A stretch of 64,000 nucleotides of DNA from Chthoniobacterales bacterium (GTDB lineage Bacteria > Verrucomicrobiota > Verrucomicrobiia > Chthoniobacterales > DASVRZ01): assembly GCA_039930045.1 (NCBI GenBank), contig JBDSQB010000012.1:114570-178569 (forward strand), in the 5' to 3' direction. Each line of letters opens with the position of its first letter. The first letter of the stretch is position 1. The notes beneath the pieces were generated by a model. That model was not told where the DNA came from and made no database searches. It saw only the letters and a list, made by a program, of their open reading frames with translations. Both the position numbers and the translations under genes were made by a program. Positions 58,811 through 64,000 of the stretch are shown here, piece by piece.

Positions 58811-61453
58811 ATGTTGGGTGAGATTCGTAGCTTGATTTGCAGTTTAAACGACGAAACACTGACGCCCTTGAAATTGGAAGATCCGGCTTTGGGAAATACG
58901 AAAATGGGAGTGCCAGAGACCGCCGGAGTCGCTGACACTGCCGGCGTTTCCACGCGGAATCCCGCCCTGCCGTTCTTCACCGCACGCAAAGCCGGAGAAA
59001 TCCGCAATCTCGAGGAGCGGATGGACGCGACTTTGAGAGAAATGGGAGTGAGCTTCGACTTCGTGCGGGGCGAGCACGCCGAGACGCCTTGGGTCTGCGA
59101 CATCTTGCCGCACATTTTCACCGACGACGACTGGCAGACGATAGGCAACGGATTTCGCCAGCGGTTGCGGGCGTTTGAAATGTTTCTGCACGACGTTTAC
59201 GGCAAAAAAGAAATCCTCCGCTCCGGCATGTTGCCGCTGCAAGCCGTCCTCGGCAGCCCCCATTATCAACGCGTCTGCCCCAGCCTGCATCCGGCCGAGG
59301 GTGCGTATTTGCATCTCGCCGGGCTCGCCGTTACCCGCGACGCCAGTGGGCGGCTGGTGGCGAAAAACCACTACTTCAGCCACGCCTCGGGCGTCGCCTA
59401 CATGATGCAAAACCGGCGCGTGCTGGCCCGTGTCGTGCCGGAGATTTTCCGCGATTTCCCGGTGACTTCCATTGCGAACACGCCGCTCGACATCCTGGAA
59501 AAACTCCGCGCCATGACGCCGGAAACGCACGACCCGACGGTGGTTCTGCTCTCGCCCGGCACCACCAGCGCGGTCTATTCCGAGCACAGCTTTCTCGCCC
59601 GGCGCATGGGTATTCCGCTCGTGCAGGGTGGCGACCTGCTCGTGCTCGACGATTGCGTTTATCTAAAGACCGTCTCCGGCCTCGAAAAAGTCGAAACGAT
59701 CTACACCCGTGTCGCCGACGCCTGGCTCGATCCGATGGTTTTCCGCCGCGACTCGCGACTCGGCGTGCCGGGTCTCGTCCATTGCATTCGCAAAGGCACC
59801 GTGGCGCTCGTCAATGGCATTGGAAGTCAGCTCGCCGACGACCGCAGCCTGCTGAATTTCTCCGCGAAAATCATCCGCTTCTATCTCGGCGAAATACCCG
59901 TGCTCCCCAGCCTGCCGACCTACTGGCTGGGCGACGCCGACCAGCGGGAAATGGTCCTTTCCGAAGCCGAAAAATACCGCATCCGCCCGCTCACCGGCGA
60001 ACGCATTCTTGGTCATCCGCTCGGCCTCGTCCCGACTGAGGAACAGCTCGCCGCCATTAAATTGGAAGTCCGCAAGCACCCGCACACGTTCGTTGCCCAA
60101 GTCGGCGGCGATGGCGAGCTCGCGCCCTGTTTTAGTAATGGAAAACTGAACGAGCGCTTGCAGGATCACATCGTTTTCGCACTTCGCCGTGGCTCGTCCT
60201 ACGAGATTTTTCCAGGCGCGCTCACCCGCGTCGCCCCGCCGGGCAGCCAGCTCACCGCCTCGTTTTTCGGCAGCGGCAGTAAGGATTCCTGGGTCTCCGC
60301 CCGCGCCGGCGGCGAGGAATCGGGCAATCCGCCACAGATTAGTACTAACGAATATCTGCCGCCCGCGCGCCAGGTCACCAGCCGCGTCGCCGACGGCTTC
60401 TATTGGATGGGCCGTTACCTCGAGCGCGCCCTCAGCATGGCCTACATGATCCAAGTCGTGGAAACATTGGAACTCGAGGAACTCACCTCCGCCGAGCGCA
60501 AACTGTATCGCCCGATGTGGAACCGCATCCTACCGCCGCTCGAAGCCGCCGCCGGCACCACCGGGCGGCGCAGCATCGCGAGCGCCTCGGAGCGTTATCG
60601 CCTGATGCTCGACCCAGGAGTTCCGGGGACCGTCATCGGCACCTTGCGCCGGGCTCTTTCCAACGCCGAATCGCTTCAGGAAAGTCTCTCGCCCGAGGCC
60701 TGGGGCACGCTGGTTAAAATCCAGGAACTGACGGAGAAGATTAAGTTCACACTCGACCAGGAGGACGCCGCCTTTGCCCGCACCACGCGCCGCGTCGCCG
60801 ACTTGATTGTGAATCTCATTCCGCAATTTTTCGCCATCGCCCAAGGCTCCATGCTCGCCGACAACGGCTGGAATTTCTGTGAACTCGGCCAAATGCTGGA
60901 ACGAGCCGTGGTCACCGCCAACGCCATCGTTTCCATCGAGGCATCGCTCACCACGCAATCCACCAACGGCCCGCGCCACTCGAATGAGATCGAGCTCTCC
61001 GCGTTTCTTCGATTGCTGGGAAGCCGCGACGCCTACCGCCGCGTCTATCAAATGCGCACCGCCCCGGCGCAGGTCCTGGAGATTCTCTGGAAAAACCCCG
61101 AGATGCCGCGCTCGGTTACGCGCTGTCTAAAGAAATGCGCTCATCTCTTGCGCGAATCCATGGGGTCCAATTCCCAGTATCCGGCCCATGTTCTAACATC
61201 GGTCGAGGAACTGATTTTCCGTATCCAGCACATTCATTGGCAGGAGTTTTTCGTCACCACACAGGAGGATGAGTCGGGCATTTCAGCTCCAATGCAATCA
61301 CCGCCGTCGCTGCCGCCGAAAAAACTCTCGGAACTCCTCAACGCCCTCCTCCGCCAGACGGCTAACATTCACAACGTCATCGCGGATAGTTTCCTCAATC
61401 ACCAGGCGATCATTTCCCAGCGGGAACAATTGCTCTTCACGAGCTTTCGCTAA
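58811..61453 (+). CDS. Circularly permuted type-2 ATP-grasp protein fused to an alpha-E domain
   Basis: About 880 aa from the ATG at 58811. The N-terminal ~500 aa carry the CP ATP-grasp blocks (PWVCDILPHIFTDDDWQTIGNGFRQRLRAFEMFLHDVYG, GIGSQLADDRSLL). The C-terminal ~310 aa start with the alpha-E signature SRVADGFYWMGRYLERA. Confidence 0.85.
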   Translation: MLGEIRSLICSLNDETLTPLKLEDPALGNTKMGVPETAGVADTAGVSTRNPALPFFTARKAGEIRNLEERMDATLREMGVSFDFVRGEHAETPWVCDILPHIFTDDDWQTIGNGFRQRLRAFEMFLHDVYGKKEILRSGMLPLQAVLGSPHYQRVCPSLHPAEGAYLHLAGLAVTRDASGRLVAKNHYFSHASGVAYMMQNRRVLARVVPEIFRDFPVTSIANTPLDILEKLRAMTPETHDPTVVLLSPGTTSAVYSEHSFLARRMGIPLVQGGDLLVLDDCVYLKTVSGLEKVETIYTRVADAWLDPMVFRRDSRLGVPGLVHCIRKGTVALVNGIGSQLADDRSLLNFSAKIIRFYLGEIPVLPSLPTYWLGDADQREMVLSEAEKYRIRPLTGERILGHPLGLVPTEEQLAAIKLEVRKHPHTFVAQVGGDGELAPCFSNGKLNERLQDHIVFALRRGSSYEIFPGALTRVAPPGSQLTASFFGSGSKDSWVSARAGGEESGNPPQISTNEYLPPARQVTSRVADGFYWMGRYLERALSMAYMIQVVETLELEELTSAERKLYRPMWNRILPPLEAAAGTTGRRSIASASERYRLMLDPGVPGTVIGTLRRALSNAESLQESLSPEAWGTLVKIQELTEKIKFTLDQEDAAFARTTRRVADLIVNLIPQFFAIAQGSMLADNGWNFCELGQMLERAVVTANAIVSIEASLTTQSTNGPRHSNEIELSAFLRLLGSRDAYRRVYQMRTAPAQVLEILWKNPEMPRSVTRCLKKCAHLLRESMGSNSQYPAHVLTSVEELIFRIQHIHWQEFFVTTQEDESGISAPMQSPPSLPPKKLSELLNALLRQTANIHNVIADSFLNHQAIISQREQLLFTSFR

Positions 61454-61454
61454 C

Positions 61455-62339
61455 ATGTTTTTCGACATCACGCACAGCACCGATTACGCCTACGCCACGC
61501 CCGCAGCGGAAGCGTATCTGGAGGCGCGGCTCACTCCTCCTAACCATTCCGGCCAGCGCGTGGTTCGCCACAAGATTAGCATCAATCCCGACACGCCGAC
61601 TTCGCAATATGTGGACTTCTGCGGCAACACCGTGGACTTCCTTTCCCTGCCCTACCGGCATAAGCGGCTCACCATTACCAACCAAGTCGTTGTCGAGACG
61701 ACTCCGCGGCTTTTGCCCGACGATATTCTCTCGGCCAGCGTGCAGGAGGCGAAGCAGATTTTGGGCTCGTCCGTCACGGATATTTACGACTATCTGCAAC
61801 CCACCGAGACCGTGAAAATCGGACGCGAGGCGCATCAATGGTCGCGCCGTTATCTCCCCGGAAATGCCACCCTCCGCACGGGTCTGGAAAGCCTGAACAA
61901 AGCCATCTTCGAGACCTTTGAATATCGCAAAGGCAGCACGGATAATTCGACTCCGCTCAACACCGTCTGGCGCGACCGCAAAGGCGTCTGCCAGGACTTT
62001 GCGCACATCATGCTAGCCATTCTGCGCACGGCCGGTTTTCCCGCCCGCTACGTCTGCGGCTACATCGACGCCAATCCGGTCACACCCGATGGCAAACGCC
62101 TAGTCGGCGCCCTCGCCACCCACGCTTGGGTGGAGGTGTTATTGCCCGGCCGCGTCTGGGTTGCACTCGATCCTACTAACAATAAATGGTGCGGGGAACG
62201 TCACATCACCGTCTCCTTCGGACGCGACTTTCGCGACGCCACTCCGCTGCGCGGAACCTTCAAGGGAACCGGCGCACAAAACATGCGGGTAAAAGTCCTC
62301 GTCCGCGAAGTCAGCCCGGCCCGTGCGGCAAAAATCTAA
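61455..62339 (+). CDS. Transglutaminase-like cysteine peptidase family protein
   Basis: 294 aa with a Bact_transglu_N-like N-terminus (MFFDITHSTDYAYATPAAEAYLEARLTP). The catalytic triad context is GVCQDFAHIM (Cys), HAWVEV (His), DPTN (Asp). It starts 1 nt after the upstream stop. Confidence 0.85.
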   Translation: MFFDITHSTDYAYATPAAEAYLEARLTPPNHSGQRVVRHKISINPDTPTSQYVDFCGNTVDFLSLPYRHKRLTITNQVVVETTPRLLPDDILSASVQEAKQILGSSVTDIYDYLQPTETVKIGREAHQWSRRYLPGNATLRTGLESLNKAIFETFEYRKGSTDNSTPLNTVWRDRKGVCQDFAHIMLAILRTAGFPARYVCGYIDANPVTPDGKRLVGALATHAWVEVLLPGRVWVALDPTNNKWCGERHITVSFGRDFRDATPLRGTFKGTGAQNMRVKVLVREVSPARAAKI

Positions 62340-62340
62340 C

Positions 62341-63195
62341 ATGCGCCTCCGCATTCACAGCCATACACGCTACGAATACGAAAAAGCGGCCAGTTTTTCC
62401 CCGCATCTCGTGCGCCTCTTTCCGCGACAGGAGAGTTTCATCCATATCCTGGAAACAAGATTCACAACGCTCGATGGCGCGGTCGTCAACCATCGCCGCG
62501 ACCTCTTCGACAACCAGATCGCGCGTTGTTTTTTCCCGGAGAAGGCGAGCGTGCTCGACTTCGATGTTAGTCTCGACTTGATGTTAGAAGAACGCAGCGC
62601 CTTCGACTTCCTGATCGATGGACATGCCACGCGATTTCCCTTCACCTACAAGCCGGAGGAACAGCACGTCCTCGCTCCCTATCTCATTCAGCCGGACGCA
62701 GAAAAAGTCGAGGCTGGCGACTTCTGGAAACTGGAGAAAGACATCCCGACCCTCGACGCGTTATTGGAACTCAACAGTGCACTTTTTTCCAACCTCAGCT
62801 ACGAGCGCCGCGAGGAGGGTCAGGCCCGCCTCCCGTCGGAAACGCTCAATCTGCGTATCGGTGCCTGCCGCGATTTTTCCCGTCTCGCCGCCTCGCTTTT
62901 GCGCAGCGCCGGCGTCGCCGTGCGGCTCGTCAGTGGCTATGTCGCCGAGTTTGGCAAAGCCGAGGAAGACCGACGCGCCGAGGGCAGCCTGCACGCCTGG
63001 ATCGAGGCCTACATTCCCGGCGCGGGCTGGCTCGGAATGGACCCCACCAACGGCGTCCTCTGCGATCACCATTTCATTCCCGCCGCGGTCGGGTTGCATC
63101 CCGATGACATCTCGCCGACGGCGGGGAGCTACTACGGCAACGAGTTCATTTCCGCCGAGCTCACCTCTCTACTAACCATCGATCCCATCGAATGA
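62341..63195 (+). CDS. Transglutaminase-like protein (corresponds to the N-terminal module of large DUF2126-type proteins)
   Basis: 284 aa starting MRLRIHSHTRYEYEKAASFSPHLVRLFPR. The triad context is GACRDFSRLAA, HAWIEAYIPGAGWLGMDPTNG. Confidence 0.8.
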   Translation: MRLRIHSHTRYEYEKAASFSPHLVRLFPRQESFIHILETRFTTLDGAVVNHRRDLFDNQIARCFFPEKASVLDFDVSLDLMLEERSAFDFLIDGHATRFPFTYKPEEQHVLAPYLIQPDAEKVEAGDFWKLEKDIPTLDALLELNSALFSNLSYERREEGQARLPSETLNLRIGACRDFSRLAASLLRSAGVAVRLVSGYVAEFGKAEEDRRAEGSLHAWIEAYIPGAGWLGMDPTNGVLCDHHFIPAAVGLHPDDISPTAGSYYGNEFISAELTSLLTIDPIE

Positions 63196-64000
63196 TTCCT
63201 AACACTCTTCTAGCACCGGCCAAAAAGGTCGAGGCGCTCCTCAATAAAAAGAAAGTCCGACTTACGCAAGGCGGCGAGCCGACTTTGGTTCCTATCAGTC
63301 CCGAGGGGCCGGAATGGTCCATCACCGCTGTCGGCCCGACCAAGCTGCGCTACGCCTACGAGTTTGCCAATGAAATGGTTAGGACCGTCGCTCCGGGCAG
63401 CGTGGTTTTTTATTCACCCGGCAAATCTTATCCCGGTGAAACCAATCCGCGCTGGGTGCTGAACATGCTCACCTTGAAGAGCGGAAAGCCGCTCCTGGAT
63501 CTAGCCTTCTCCAGCGAGCCAGTGACCCAGGCGGGTTACAAACGGTTCCGCGAACAACTTCTCATTCAACTCAAACTCAAAGCTAGCTGGATCAAAGGTC
63601 TGCCCGCCGAATCCAGCGTCTGGATTCTCCCGCTCGATCACGACAAGAAGTTTGTCTCTGCTGACTGGAAGAAGAAATCCATGACGCTTCTTCAGCTCGA
63701 CGCACCGGCGGGATTGCGATTGCCGCTGAATGAAGTTCCAGCCGACTTGAGCCGGCGCGCACTCACAGTCGAGTTGCAGGACAATGCGCTCGCGATTTTC
63801 TTTCCGCCGCTCTTGCAAAAGCCGTTTCTGGAACTGCTGAAAATCATTCAAGACATTCTAGCTTCGCTGAAAATTTCCAATGTTAGATTCCAGGGTTACG
63901 TCCCATCCGACGACGCCGACATCTGGTCAAAGCTAGGAGTCGCCTCCGACCCGGGCGTGCTGGAGATTAACATTCCGCCCTGCGAGACATGGACGGAATA
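63192..64000 (+). CDS. DUF2126-like protein (putative amidoligase module), 5' fragment; runs off the right window edge
   Basis: Not in the ORF track because it has no stop in the window. The ATG at 63192 overlaps the upstream TGA (ATGA). Hand translation gives MIPNTLLAPAKKVEALLNKKKVRLTQGGEPTLVPISPEGPEWSITAVGPTKLRYAYEFANEMVRTVAPGSVVFYSPGKSYPGETNPRWVL...GVLEINIPPC, open to position 64000. It matches my recollection of DUF2126 blocks (GGEPTFV, GQGKWYPGE.LPRW, EVN..P). Confidence 0.72.
   Translation, partial: MIPNTLLAPAKKVEALLNKKKVRLTQGGEPTLVPISPEGPEWSITAVGPTKLRYAYEFANEMVRTVAPGSVVFYSPGKSYPGETNPRWVLNMLTLKSGKPLLDLAFSSEPVTQAGYKRFREQLLIQLKLKASWIKGLPAESSVWILPLDHDKKFVSADWKKKSMTLLQLDAPAGLRLPLNEVPADLSRRALTVELQDNALAIFFPPLLQKPFLELLKIIQDILASLKISNVRFQGYVPSDDADIWSKLGVASDPGVLEINIPPCETWTE

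Overview
This is a gene-dense, high-GC bacterial chromosomal window. Gene content and repeat style suggest a Verrucomicrobiota/PVC-type genome, but I cannot verify that. I support about 60 protein genes. Most are housekeeping or envelope genes: two divergent GH2 glycosidases, recQ, a peptidoglycan-recycling operon (mpl, M14 amidase, TraB/GumN), GT9 and GT2 glycosyltransferases, an L,D-transpeptidase, an ECF sigma factor, lepA and lepB, an M3 peptidase with a five-gene Opp-type peptide ABC operon, class I fumarase, the prs-rplY-pth-rpsF-ssb cluster, ispE, pyrF, prfC, and a dksA-like gene with rpmG and rpsR. Four features are absent from the ORF track: rpmG (57 aa), a likely SRP RNA, and two genes truncated by the window edges. 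I saw no rRNA, tRNA, CRISPR array, transposase or integrase. The most unusual signal is an intergenic array of eleven GGAACGTC boxes held at an exact 21-bp phase (21795-22012). It lies inside a ~4.3 kb accessory segment that separates lepA from lepB. That segment also holds an AT-rich orphan ORF, a gene flanked by a REP-like double hairpin, and an uncharacterised soluble-protein plus polytopic-membrane-protein pair. The second notable locus is at the right edge (58811 to the end). It is a circularly permuted ATP-grasp/alpha-E fusion followed by two transglutaminase-like genes and a DUF2126-like gene, with an unusual fusion/fission layout. Smaller observations include Cys/His-motif envelope proteins, Zn-ribbon-less DksA and L33 genes, and several structured intergenic elements. 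All homology calls come from motif recognition by eye, not from searches.
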